DNA of 64,000 nt, taken from assembly GCF_036365525.1 (NCBI RefSeq), contig NC_090407.1:25448084-25512083 (forward strand), in the 5' to 3' direction. Position numbers and translations under genes: made by a program. Source of the DNA: Heterodontus francisci (Eukaryota). A model generated the notes under the pieces. It did not search any database, had not been told where the DNA came from, and was given only the letters and a program-made list of their open reading frames with translations. Positions 1 to 12,224 of this stretch are shown one piece after another. Every line of letters starts with the position of its first letter. Within the stretch, counting starts at the first letter, position 1.

Positions 1-1469
1 CATGCATGATCACTCTGATGAATGCCAGCAGTTAATAACTGCTTAACACATTGCATGGAGCTAGCTGCACACTATCAGTATGATCAATTAAACACACTTA
101 TTGGTGCTCAACTGTTGCTCAGTCATTCTCAGAGAATACCAACACAGTTTATTTTATTTTCCGGTAAAATACTTTCTGAACTTAAATTACCAAAGCCGCA
201 CTTCTTGTGATATCTTAATATAGTGAAATGAACTAACCGGACTCTAATGGAACAAAAGACAGATAACGAAGATTACTTGTCTTTGTGCAATATTGGTACA
301 ATGAACTTAAGTGCCTTTGACTGTTTTACTACATTAAAAAGATTGAGGTCTCCCAATGCATCCAGATTAACCAAGCCCAACAATTTATCTGTTTTTGATA
401 GCTATTCAGCATAAAGAAAGCAGTGTAGTGTTGCACACCACCAGGGATGGCAAATTGCTGAGAATCTAAATTTTTAACTATGCTGGCCAGTAAAAATAAT
501 CAAAGAGACTGAGGCAATCACCTTTCAAGTAGTCACCCAATAAAAATCATGACATTAGTACCTCTGCATACATCAGAATGACACAGAACATAAACTTAGA
601 ACTGGTTTAGGAATTATGAATGCAATGTTATGGAGTGGGGAATTGCAGAGGCTGCTTCTTACAGTAGACCAGATCTTTTTGCTGGTAACGACAATCAGTG
701 CTACCCTGTGCTTTGTATCCAAGCAGGTTTAATGACCAGCCACATGTAATAAACTACAATAAATACACTAAATAAGGACTCTTATTTTGCTCTGTAAATA
801 TTCCAAATTATACTAAATTCTATTATGACACAAACATCAATTAAGATGTTTGCATGCTACATGGTGACAAAGACAGGCATAATCCTAAACTGGAAGGTTA
901 TTCAATCGGCAAGTCTTACTTACTTGTCACATTCTTCCTAGTTTTGGGCCAAGGTCTCTGTAGTTTTTGCTGCAGAGGGATACTTTCTTCTCTTGCTCGA
1001 GTGGAAGCATTCTCTTGTCTCCATACTTCACTCATTGTAGACATAAGGCACTACCAGATTCCTGTGCCATTCGGCACACACACAGTCCCTTGCTAACTGT
1101 CCCCTGCCTGGTGCACCTGAACCATGCAGCAGTTTGCTGCAAACCCGGTTTAAACAGGCTCAAAGCACCTGCTGCCCCACCCCGCCACCCCCGACATAGC
1201 ACACATAACACTTACAGTAACAACCTGCCTGCCCTTGGAAGGCTCTTTAAAACAGTCAAAAGCTTTTTCAAAAGGACGTATGGAGTATTTGCAACCCACC
1301 ACCCAGACAACACAAACATCCATTACTATCAAGGACAAGTCCATTTGCTATTAGAATTTATTCAATTTATTAAATCTTAACTTCCACTGCCTTTTTGGGC
1401 CAATTAGCGGCCATTATTGAAACCAGTTTCTCAGTTTGCTATTTTGTACATTTCTTTCTGAAATTTTTA

Positions 1470-1855
1470 CATAGAAACATTGGAACAACAGTAGGCCATT
1501 CACCCCTTTGAGCCTGTTCTGCCATTCAATTAGATCATCAGCGAACTGTACCTCAACTCCATTTACTCATCTTTGTTCTGGATCCCTTGAAACCCTTACC
1601 TAACAAAACTCTATCGTTCTCAGTATTAAAAATTTCCATTGACGCAGCATCCATAGCCTTTTAAAGGACCAAGCTTGAAATTTCCGCTATCATTTGTGTG
1701 ATCCAGTGCTTTCTGATTTCACTCCTAAATGACTTATTTTAAAAATTAAAGCTATGCCCTCTTGTTCTGGATTCCTCCACCCGAGGAAATAGCCTTTATT
1801 TGTATCTATGCTATTGAATCCCTCAACTTTCTAAACTCAGGGGAATACAAGCTAA
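1470..1855 (-). mobile_element. CR1 LINE 3' end fragment
   Basis: Begins catagaaacattggaacaacagtaggccattcaccccttt (reverse of a CR1 3' tail), followed by degraded C-terminal ORF2-like sequence. Confidence 0.65.
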
Positions 1856-1861
1856 GACGAG

Positions 1862-2290
1862 TTTGTGTCAGCTGCTAACACTCTTGCCCCTGAGTCATAA
1901 GGTTTCATGTTCCACTCCAGGGCTTGAATATAAAAATCAAGGCTGATGCTCCATTGTAGTACTGAGGGAGTGCTGCCTTTCAGGTGAGATGTTAAACTGA
2001 GGCTGACTGCTTGAATGGATGTAAAAGAACCCATGGCACTATTTTGAGGAAGAGCAGGGGAGGTATCCTCAGTGTCCTGGCCAATATTTACCCCTCAATC
2101 AACATCAAAAAAACAAATTATCTCTTCATTATCACATTGTTGTTTGTGGGAGCTTGCTGCGTGCATTCTGGCTGCCATGTTTCCTACGTTCCAACAGTGA
2201 CTACACTTCAAAAGTACTTCATTAGTTGTAAAGTGCTTTGAGATGTCTGGTGTCGTGAAAGGCGCTATATAAATGCAAGTCTTTTTTTTA
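1862..2290 (+). mobile_element. Deu-domain tRNA-derived SINE (SacSINE1/AmnSINE1-like)
   Basis: gatgtaaaagaacccatggcactattt...gtcctggccaatatttacccctcaa...tgtgggagcttgctg...aggcgctatataaatgcaagtctttt; same family at 16250, 21930 and 45920. Confidence 0.85.
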
Positions 2291-4303
2291 ATGCAATTTT
2301 TTGGTAAGGTTAGGGATATCATCCAAAACTGAAAGAGGAGGAAACTGGCTGGGAAGGTGAGATCGTTGCATTTTTTTAGCTGATGAAAATTAATTGAAAC
2401 CCTGAATAACCAGTGATTACATCAAGAACCTGCCCATATTCTAGGTACTTGCCTGCAAATAATGCTAAAATAACACTATTATGATACATTCCTCTTTTTC
2501 CATCAATGCCCCCTCATTTGTGCTGTTTCATCTTCTCACCCATTTAAAATGATCATCCAGGTTTGCTACGTACTCAGCAGAAAGCAGAGAAGAAGTTAAA
2601 GGACCCAGTGTCCATGTTTGGCAAGATCAGCGCTCACAATTTGCACTGCTTCAGAATGACAGCCAATTGGAAAATTTAAGATCAGCGGTTTCTCCAGCCT
2701 TTGGTGTTGTGTAGCCCAGAGGAGACTGAAAGGGGATAAAGGATCGAGTGAAAAAATAGCATATGTAACTTCACCAAAGTGTAACATACCTTTAATAAAA
2801 CAATGACATAAGAATCATTTTGGACAAACTTTCACTACAAAGTCTGCAAAAATATATGACTCTTTGCAATGTTCCACTGAGAATTTCAGCACCATGAATT
2901 AAGCACCACAGAATCCCAAATTTTGAACTGAATCACAAATGTTTAAAAAACAGAGGAAATGACAGGAGAGGTGTAAAACCATTCATTTTTAAGATGCCAG
3001 TTAAAAGGATAAAGAGAGAGTTCATCAAAGGATGAGAGACATGGTAGAATGGATCAGTAACATGTGCACGTATCTGTTTCACGAGTATCAGTATAAGTAA
3101 TTGGACATAATAATATCCACATTTGGTCCACCACTTATAATAGGCAAACAACATTTGAAAATTCAAGACATATTCTTACAGCTTTGACAGACTGCTATAT
3201 TGACATTGTATTTGGAGGGAAAAGGGCTTTGCTCTGGAATGAGGCTGCAGAATTTTCCACACATCCCAACATCCAGACGTAATCACCCTGATAGCACAAG
3301 ATTGATTTTCCATGAGGTAGACTGATTACTGGGTTAAGCACTGAGGCTGACCACAGCACAGTCTCACCTTCAGTCCTCATTATGGCATTCTAACAGGAAC
3401 TAACTGACTGTGTCCTGAGACAAAGCAAGGATGACTAGAAACAACTGTCACTCTTTTGCTCTAACATTTTACTCCAATCTATGCTATTTTGTGCTGCAGT
3501 CCCTCTAACTCAAGAATATGTCGTCTCACTAGATCTCCGAGTCAGCTAATCTCCACTGGACACCAATATTACTTAGATCCATCACCTATTCACCAGATCA
3601 TATACCAATGACTTTGCTCAAGCCCAGTCAGCCTTGTCTGACAGTGTTAAGATAAAATGGGCAATTGCTTAAAAATTGGATGAGGTAGGTGGTTTCAAGG
3701 ATGATCATGTTATGGTTAACAATACTGAGCGTGTGTAATGGATAACCTGAAAGTTTATTGTGGCAACACCAGCTGTCATTTCATTCAAGGAACTGACAAC
3801 ACCAGCTGCCAATTACTTAAACCTCTATTGATTTCCTTCTGTACAAAGCCTCCATAATGCACAGTTTTGAAACATTTCCCAGGGAACATGAAGCATATCA
3901 CCTAAATCCAGTTCCAACAAAGCAATGTCATTTCCACTTAGGTTCTGTCCTCTCCACGTGAATCCACAGCATTCAACTCATATCCACACCATGGGCTGAA
4001 TTTTATTGCGAGGCCGCAGGTCCTGACCTCGGGACCGGAAGCGGGTGTGGCATCCGTTGGGACAATCAACGGCTGGCCGAAAGCAATTGAGAGGCAGCTG
4101 GCCAATTAAGGATTGGGAGTCGCGGGGACGGCCTCGCAGAGAACAGAGGCAGCGAAGACAGCGTCAAGTGATGCCGCGGAAGGTCCAGGTACCATACTTA
4201 AAGGGATGACAGCCCCTGCCTGACTATTCATGCCATCTAGTGACCCCCTTGCCTGACTGCTCATTTCATCTAGGGACCCCTGTTTTCACAAGAGCCGAGC
4301 ATA

Positions 4304-6075
4304 ATGACAGAAGGAAGACCCCGGATGGCCTCACAGTTCAGTGATACCTCCCTCCAGACTGTGCTCCAGGTTGGAAGAGAAAGGCAGGAGGTCCTCCTCC
4401 TTAGGGATGAGAGGAGGAGACCAGCCCCACTGACCAAGCAAGCATGGACAGAGATAGCGGAGGAAGTCATCAGCCTTGGGGTCACCTAAGGACCTGGATG
4501 CAGTGCCGGAGAAAGGTCAATGACCTGATCCGATCTGCCAAGGTGAGTGCTCCATTCCAATCCTTTATTTGTGTCAGAGTGAGAGAATTCAGTCAATGGA
4601 GAGGGAGAGACTACCCAGCCGTGAAGTTCTAGACGGCAATGGGGTCTGAGGCGTGGCCGCAACTCAGTTAGAGGTTCCTGTCTGTCAATGCATTCCCCTG
4701 TACAGACCCTCCAGAGTGGCCGCAGGAGGCATATGTGATCCCTATTATGGCTCAGTGGACTTTCATCATCAGAGGTCTGGGGCTTTTACCTGCTGGCAAA
4801 CTAACATTGTCCCTCATTGTGTCTGCAGGAGAAGACGACCCACAGCAGGAAGGAGCGTGTCAAGGCAGGAGTGCCTTATCTCCATATGATTACACCAATG
4901 GAGGAGGCAGCTATGGAAGTGGCAGGGTGACAAGACAGCCGTGCCTTGGCTGATAGGAAGACAGGAACACCCACCCAAGAGAGTGAGCCAGCATCTCCCA
5001 GGGCACAACGGTGTTTCTGGTGTTGAAGAGCCTTGTAGCACGTAATCTTCATGGCAGCAATGGAAATGTACATTTGGGGTGGTATGAATGAGACAATGGG
5101 CAGACACTAATCCTTCTATTTCAATGTTTTCTCATGCAGGTCATGGCAACCGAGAGGAGCTGAAGAGTCTGGGGGACAACTGGCCACTCCTAAGGAAGAG
5201 GAAGGAGCCTCAGAGGGTCCACCATCACATCATTCCCCAGCACTCTCCACCAGCAAGGTTACTTTCATGTCAATGGGTAGTTGTGCGCATTTAGATATGG
5301 GCACACAACCTGGTGAGCACAGCACAGATGCACCAGGGCAGCTGACGGAGGCAGTGATAGTCAAGGCCACTGGCACTCAGAGGACTGTGGGAGGCCAGGC
5401 CCATGCTGAGGACCAGGCTGATGATGTGCCTCTGGTGTCAGCAGCAACATGGGAAATGCTGCATCTGCAGAACGAGCTCTGACAACATCTGGCAGAGATG
5501 CCAGAGGCTCTGGACACATAAGAGCGGAAGATGGAGGTGTCCGTCCAGGCCCTGGGTGCTGCACTGTCTCTGCCGATTGCATGTCTGGCTTCCTACATTG
5601 AGAGACTGGCGACTCTCATGGAGAGCCAGATCCAGCAGAACAATCAGTGGCTGCTGGAGATGCATGATGACCTGCACACCATCGCTTTGCCCAAGGGCTC
5701 TATGCAGCAGTGGCAAGGTGAAAGGGGGACAAGGTACTTGGAGTCTCCACCAGGTCCAATTCCCTCTCAGGTCAGCAGGGAGATACAAGAGTGCCTTATA
5801 AGGGGGGAGGAGCTACTTCCTACTGCATCTGGGGGTTCCCCTCAGGGTGCTCCTGGTGTGGCTAGTGACGCCAGCGCCTCCATCATCCCCACTGACTGAG
5901 GTTGTCCCTACACCTTTGCAGGAGGCCCTCTGTGTTCTGGGGCCCACTAGGCCTCAGGCAGCCAGAGGACAGCTGCCAAGGCCATCCCAAGCCAGGGGGC
6001 AGGAAGATCAGCAGTCTGCCTCCCGCCTCAGCTGACGGCGCAGTGGGAGCACTATGTAACAGCACTCGCAAATGA
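4304..6075 (+). pseudogene. Harbinger Myb/SANT-like (NAIF1-type) DNA-binding protein gene, spliced, frameshifted
   Basis: Exon 1 4304-4542: FSDTSLQTVLQ...KQAWTEIAEEV / RTWMQCRRKVNDLIRSAK then gtgagt; exon 2 from 4829 (EKTTHSRKERVKAG); acceptor near 5139; coiled-coil-like C-terminal ORF 5531-5899. Confidence 0.8.
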
Positions 6076-6399
6076 GTTAAGAAAACCACATGGATGCACT
6101 TGGAGGATCACGGGTGATAATGTTGTGGAAAAGGGACCTGTTGCATTGGTGTCATGCATACATAAACTATGTTGTTAACTCAGCATGTCTCCTTCCTGTT
6201 GTGGATTCCTTTTGGAAGGTCCTTGTGAACCTTCCTTCTAAAGGGACCGATAGCAAGTGAGCTAGACCCAAATGCACAAAGCTTCAGCTTTGCCATTTTT
6301 GCAACCTGCACCTGGGTGCTGCAGTACAGAAGGACGGATGCGACAACAGGGCTGTTTAATGGTAAGATTTTATTGTTGCAGTTCCAGAGGGTGGTAAGA

Positions 6400-7610
6400 C
6401 TCAAAGGAAACATGAATGTATAAAGGTGTCTCTGCTTCCCTTGTGTGCATCGCATGGCACCTTTCATGCTTCGCCTGGAGCCCTTCATCTGGCAGTGCCT
6501 GGACAGCATCCTCCTCCGCATCCTTATCATCGGAGGAGGAATCACATTCCATGATATCCTTACTGATCAACGCCTCATCCCTCTGTAGCACCAGGTTGTG
6601 TAGTGTGCAGCAGACTACCACAATGCGGGAGACCCTCACCAGGGCATACTGAAGGGCTCCACCGGATCAAGCTAGGCACCCAAATCTCATCTTCAGGAGA
6701 CTAATAGTCTGCTCAATGGTCGCTCGGGTTGACCTGTGGCAAGTGTTGTATCTGTCCTCCACATCCCTGCATGGGTTCCTCACTGGCACAGTAGCCATGT
6801 CCTCAGTGGGCAGCCCTTATCTTCAAGAATCCATCCCTGCATGCGCACGGGGCACAGAAAAGGTTGGGCACCTGGGACTGTTTCAGTATGAAGGCATCGT
6901 GGCTGCTTCCCGGGAATCATGCATACACCAGTAAGATTTGTTTGCGGTGATCACAGACCAGTTGTACATTGAGGAAGTGGAAGCCCTTCTGGTTGATGAA
7001 GGCAGCAGGCTTGTCCATTGGAGCCTTGACAGCCACATGTGTGCAGTCAATCATCCCCTGTACCTGGGGGAAGCCAACGATGGCCCCAACAACTATAATC
7101 CTCTCAGCTTGACTGTTCGCATCAGTGTGGATTCGAACATAGTCGCCAGCCCTCCTGAACATGGCTTGGTGACCTCCTTAATACAGCGATGTGCCACAGA
7201 CTGGGAGATACCGCACATGTCTCCAGTGAATTCCCGGAATGATCCAGTGGCGTGGAAGTTTAGTGCCACGGTGACTTTCAGTGCTACAGGCATCAGGTGC
7301 CCATCAAGTCCCATGGGCCTCAGCTCATCGTGCATCATGGACAGCCTCCCTGGAGAGGCGCAGTCTTCAGAGACACTGCCGTTCGGACATCTGCAGGTAG
7401 CTGAGATGTGACCAGTAAACTCTCTCCAGACAGTAGATTATTCTGTGTGGTGGAGGTTGTTGCTGTGCCCCTCTACAACCTTCTCCAGCCTCCTGTGCCC
7501 GGAGCTGGCCCTCCTGTGGGACCCCACTTTGCTGGTGCTCTGCTGCTCCTCCCTGATGTTTCCTCCCTCTCTCCTCCTCCTCTTCCATGGGGGCCTCACA
7601 GTCATAGTTA
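6400..7610 (-). pseudogene. Harbinger DDE transposase (HARBI1-like), disrupted
   Basis: ALNFHATGSF...GDMCGISQS, GFPQVQGMIDCTHV, NQKGFHFLNVQLVCD, LLKMRF, CCTLHN and an acidic tail spread over several frames. Confidence 0.9.
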
Positions 7611-8214
7611 AGAGGCCCATGACAGGTTGCCTCTCCCTCAGCGCAAGGCCTTCAGGCCAACTGACCTTCCCACCACAACCCCTCCCCCCACCCGACAACT
7701 TGTGCCTTTCAATGTGATGGCACTGCCTCGAAGCCAGCCTGGAGTGGATGCCCCGCAGTGCTGGCACATTGGCCTCCACTCCTGACAGTCTTTCATGATG
7801 CCTCCCCTCCCCCTCCTCCACCCTTTCTGAGAAGCGACACTGGCTCACCCGATGGCTTTCCAGTGAAGTCATCACTGAGCTCCCACCTCCTTGGCGTCTC
7901 CTTGCACAGATGAGGGCCTGAAGCCCTATGGTTCCCATGTGCCATCAGGAAAATTTGAAACGGTAAATAAAAGTGTTGCCAATTGGGTTCTTAAATACCT
8001 TAATTGGCTTCTCACCTCGTGAGTGTGTGAAGCCCGCCCTCCATGTTGGCTGCCAACTCAAAAATCCGGAAGGGACATCACGATGTTGGACTTCCTCTTC
8101 GACGCCTTCTGTCTCAATTTTGTGGCCACCTCCACCTCCATTGCATCTCAAATGGCCTCATAAAATTCAGCTCCATGTCCTTCTACTCCACTCTTGTGGC
8201 ACCACTACTCACTT

Positions 8215-8680
8215 GACCATTTCCACTTGCTCTGTCTATAACATATCCCTGCAGGAGAGGGTGCCTAACACTGATATTCTGAAAGGCTGCAATACAACTG
8301 GAATTGAGACCATGATCAAAAAGATCCAGTTGCACTGGTCTAGACATGTCGTTCACATGCCTGTCTGTAGAATTTACAAAGCTGTCTTCTACGGAGAGCT
8401 ACAAACCAAATATCGTACTATAAATGGGCAAATCAAAAGTTAAAGGCCACCTTAAAATCTTGCAATATTTAGTGCTCGGAAAACACAGCCATTGATACCA
8501 CAATGGCACCACTTCTACCAGGCCGATTTGATTGAATTTAAGACTACGAGGGTGTGAGATCTGGCTGCCAATGCCAGGAAACTCATCTATCCGCCTCATT
8601 TGGCTTCCACAGGCGTACATGCATGTCCAGGATTGGGTTCTTCACCATCAACATAACAACCATAACGGAGTCCCATTAAT
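8215..8680 (+). mobile_element. Old RTE-clade LINE 3' fragment
   Basis: ERVPNTDIL...IQLHWSRHVVHMP...KAVFYGEL is homologous to the C-terminal part of the RTE ORF at 61508-64000 (QRRLRWLGHVSRM...KDTLYSEL). Confidence 0.7.
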
Positions 8681-9371
8681 TGATTCAACAAAAAACTCTA
8701 ATTTTAAAAAACTTCTCACTCAGCACAGCTCAGCATTTCACTTCAATGTATACAAAAAATTATCTTCAGTTTTGTTTCAGAAAACAGGATATATTTCAGT
8801 TGCATTCATCACTTACTGAAAGATATTTCAGTGTTTTACAGGGCGGTGGACAAAAAGTGGACACCAAGCAGGAGGGGCAAAGGATAAAAGCACAACATTA
8901 AAGGTCTTTTGTTTTTTAGAAAGCAGGGAGAGAAGCGACAATGTTTTGAGAGAGGGATTCATGAGTGTGATAATGATTGTTAGTCTGTTTTTTAAACAAG
9001 GTTGTCAGTCCTACCAGCAATTTATCATCAGGGGTCAAGGTTGTTTACAGAATATGAGGGACACTGTGCTCGGAGGCACACTGAGCCTCACTGAAGTGTA
9101 ACTTAATGCCTGGAATGAGAGAAGGACAATTAATAATTAAACTATTTAAAATGCAAATTGAACAGAATTGTACACTGCATTGCGTTGCTGGCCTCATCAC
9201 ACTTCATGAGAGAATGTTCAGATTTACACCAAATGCAGCAATTTTTCAGGTCTGTCTCTGCCACACGACACCGCCATGAGGACCAGAGTTGAGTTGTATT
9301 TGGGGGTGGGGGTGAGCGCATGAAGATTCCCGCTTCAGGTTAAAATCAGGGCCATAATTAAAATGATGTGT

Positions 9372-9520
9372 TAGGAACATAGGAACATGGGGGCAGGAGT
9401 AGGCCATTCAGCCCATTGTGCCTGCTCTGCTATTCAATTAGATTATGGCTGATCATCTACCTCAAAGCCACTTTCCCGCGTTATCCCCGTATCCCTTGAT
9501 GTCATTAGTATCTAGATATC
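9372..9520 (-). mobile_element. CR1 LINE 3' tail fragment
   Basis: ggaacataggaacatgggggcaggagtaggccattcagccc... typical reverse CR1 tail. Confidence 0.7.
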
Positions 9521-9524
9521 GATA

Positions 9525-11040
9525 TACCGTTGCAAAACAAATTGATAATAGTTTCTCTAACAACTGAAAACAACAAGCAATCGGTTAGTTTGACTTGGCC
9601 ATTAGCAATCACCTCACACCCACTGTGTCGGTAAGTCCCAGCCCAAGGCATTTGACAAAGCTTACTAGACTTTGCTCTCCCCTCTGATTGTGAAAACAGG
9701 AAGATAAAAACTGAGACAGAACCACGGACAGGTTTTTAAATGGAAAGCTGTGAGAGCATGCCTTTGCCAGACTCAGAACGACTGAATGCTGGAGAGTAGA
9801 TTAGAGATTAGATTAGAGATACAGCACTGAAACAGGCCCTTCGGCCCACCGAGTCTGTGCCGAACATCAACCACCCATTTATACTAATCCTACACTAATC
9901 CCATATTCCTACCAAACATCCCCACCTATTCCTACCAAACATCCCCACCTATTCCTATATTTCCCTACCACCTACCTATACTAATGACAATTTATAATGG
10001 CCAATTTACCTATCAACCTGCAAGTCTTTTGGTAGCTATAAAGTTATATTATTTAAGTCAAGTAAGACAACCCACTGATGTGGGGAAGCACTGCATGCGG
10101 AAGGTTTATTATTTTGTATTATTAGAGATAAGTTGTACTGATTGGATTAAGTGAGTTCAATCATAACTATTACTGATCGGCAAAAAAGTAGCTTCAATAA
10201 TTCATATCCAGCATTGTCTGACTAAGTGTTCCTTGGTGCAGTTTCGAAACTCAGAGGCTGTGCATAGGATGTGCAAATGACATGAATATCCAGTTCAGAT
10301 AACCGGTGGGGGCGATGGTTAGGACGGTTCCATCCCTGAGCTGCACTATTTATATAGTGGGCACAAAATGCTCAAACTGTTTACAGGAATGACGAGCACC
10401 AATGTATCTGAGAGAACAGGTAAGACACTAAATCTGTAACGGCAGCAAAGGTTGCCCAAACAGCTCCTTTATTCTGTGCAATTTTGTGGTTTCGATTAAC
10501 TATTTCTAATCCACAATATAATTTTTTATTGAATGTAAATCTGTTGAAACTATTATAGGAGCTCAATATACAGATACAGCTGCAGAGACCTGCCCCCTCC
10601 ATTAGACTAAGAATGACAGTGAGGGCATGAAACACTTCCATCAGAGTAACAGTACAATCAACCATCTCAATAGATTGAAGGAGCTTTCTTTGAGTGACTC
10701 ACATTCTAATCGTTGTCAAAAATGTTTTAGATTTCTTTGATCAAAACTCCTCTCCATCATTTGGAGATGGAGAAAGTGCAGGCTATGAATCAAGAATGGT
10801 GCTGAGGGCCTATATTATACTTCAATAAAAGGCAACTTTTCTTGTTTTTTTAATCCTTATAACCGTATAAACTCTACAAATTCGCTTGATCATAAGTTTC
10901 GGCATTTCTTGTCTGCACAATCACACCAAGGATAAAGGTGTTTAAAATACAGAGGAGTCGAAAGGCAATGGACTTGAATCTTAATATTTCCAGGCAGTAT
11001 TATTGTGATGGATCTTTTCTGAAAGCTCAGTATCATCACT
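9525..11040 (-). pseudogene. Putative N-terminal part of the same endogenous L polymerase gene, interrupted by HE1 SINE at 9801-10032
   Basis: IQVHCLSTPLYF (about 10980-10945) resembles the N-terminal HLxSPL motif; GTYRHSGCEVI (9639-9607) resembles the GxxRHxGHPxI motif of conserved region I; 94-codon ORF 10665-10381 on the same strand. Confidence 0.55.
9801..10032 (-). mobile_element. HE1-like (V-SINE) 3' portion with CR1-type tail, containing a 23-bp internal tandem duplication
   Basis: ttagagatacagcactgaaacaggcccttcggcccaccgagtctgtgccga nearly identical to 61115-61280; attcctaccaaacatccccacct repeated twice. Confidence 0.8.
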
Positions 11041-11219
11041 GGTGGGAAGTCAGGGTTAGTGCATTTGCTTGAACGTGGATACCATTAAAAATTACAAATG
11101 CAGAAACAACGTGAGCAATTGAAGTCAATGGAAATAAACTTCAATCGAGTAGTGCAAAATGGGTGTCGATTCACAACTGCCCGTTTTACACTACTGCTGG
11201 AGTCAAATTTCACCCCAAT

Positions 11220-12224
11220 ATCTGGGTCACTATTCTTTGTGCTTTCCAACAAGCTGGTTCAACAACTTTAGTGGAACAGAAGTGGAATGGTTAGCCAGCA
11301 GCAAATAACAACATAGTTTCAGTTCTTCAACTTTGGCATCCACTGGTCACCATCTTCTCATATCTTGACTGCCTCTTCTTACCCTGATTATATAAAGTTG
11401 ATATAGACTAGCTGGATCATCTACTTCTCTTGAGAAAGAAGTAAAACCCAGAGTGACCCTACAGTATCCTAGCCTTTTACTGCACCCTGAGGCCTAATGA
11501 AGTCTTGTCCTGGATGTATACTAGCATGCATTTCAAAATCAATCTATTTCATTAAAATTGCAATCAAAACATCTTACTAGGTTGAAAATGTTCTGTGTGC
11601 TGTTAACCATTATATTTGTCATAAGCATTTTCCTTTTGCTTCCCCCACTTTTCCCACAAATTTCTTCTTCACATCCCTCCATCAACAGCAGTGTAACGGA
11701 TCATAAATGACATCTAGCCAGTTCACTAGGAAGATATAGTTTATATGCAAATACCTATTCAGGTTGGCTTATCTTTTCACAGACTGCCCTTTCATGCATG
11801 TATACAACCACTTCCATTTTCTTTTATTTAATCTTCCCCTATTTAACGTGGGCCAGTGGGAAGTGATCAGGTTCCTGCCAGTATAATGGTTGTCCAACCT
11901 CTGATAGACCAATATCCATCGACTTTCTTGGTTGTCCTTTAGAAAATGGTGTGTCGCCATAGTAATAAACTCTATCTGTATTCCTGGTGCTCTAAACACT
12001 GGTCAGTATGATCAAAATGGATATTCAGATTCAGCTTCACAAATGCCAGAATTCAAAGCCCTAAGATCCAAGTTCAAATCCAATTTCTGAAGGATATCAC
12101 ATTCAAACTCCCTGTGTTCTACTGCTTTGAACGTGAGCTTATTTGAAATGATAAGGTTTTGTTTGTCAGTGTATTGCAGAGTTTGTGAAACATCCATGAC
12201 AGAACGCAACCAGAGGTTTTTCAT
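11220..12224 (-). pseudogene. Coding-like decayed reading frame of unknown product, possibly an upstream viral gene or L extension
   Basis: ORFs 12224-12012 and 11999-11769 are in the same frame separated by one stop; further open stretches continue to about 11530; same strand as the L-like motifs. Confidence 0.35.

Larger units (their letters stand above)
1..3990 (-). pseudogene. Putative endogenous viral element: central/C-terminal part (RdRp motifs and PRNTase/capping region) of a decayed Mononegavirales-like L polymerase gene, interrupted by CR1/SINE insertions at about 1470-2290
   Basis: Minus-strand translations in order: VERTEPKWK*HCF (about 3957-3919, KERExK..RxF-like); ATINF/SGY (about 3765-3740, motif A-like, frameshifted); TEGETVLWS...CYQGDYV (ORF 3380-3195, motifs B/C, QGD at 3290); LPIISGGPN (3147-3121); IRAHVTDP (3073-3050); LG-x-KT (953-940, frameshifted GxxT); GSTDCRY (705-685, GSxxHR-like); KFMFCVILMYAE (597-562, resembles rhabdovirus DFMFQxxxLYAQ). 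Many stops and frameshifts. Confidence 0.7.
3993..8173. mobile_element. Full-length degraded PIF/Harbinger DNA transposon (element 1)
   Basis: TIRs GGGCTGAATTTTAT (3993) / ATAAAATTCAGCTC (8160-8173); 3-bp TSD CAT (3990-3992, 8174-8176); contains convergent Myb/SANT-like and transposase genes. Confidence 0.9.

Noticed and set aside
2596-2787. ORF ending DLAKHGHWVL, resembling the dynein heavy chain AAA6 GHWV motif
   Set aside because: Stop codon immediately after, no LQNCHL continuation and no other dynein exons; it lies collinear within the L-like region
4304-7610. Domesticated HARBI1/NAIF1-type host genes
   Set aside because: Multiple stops and frameshifts, and enclosed by TIRs and a TSD; the same holds for 24820-31022
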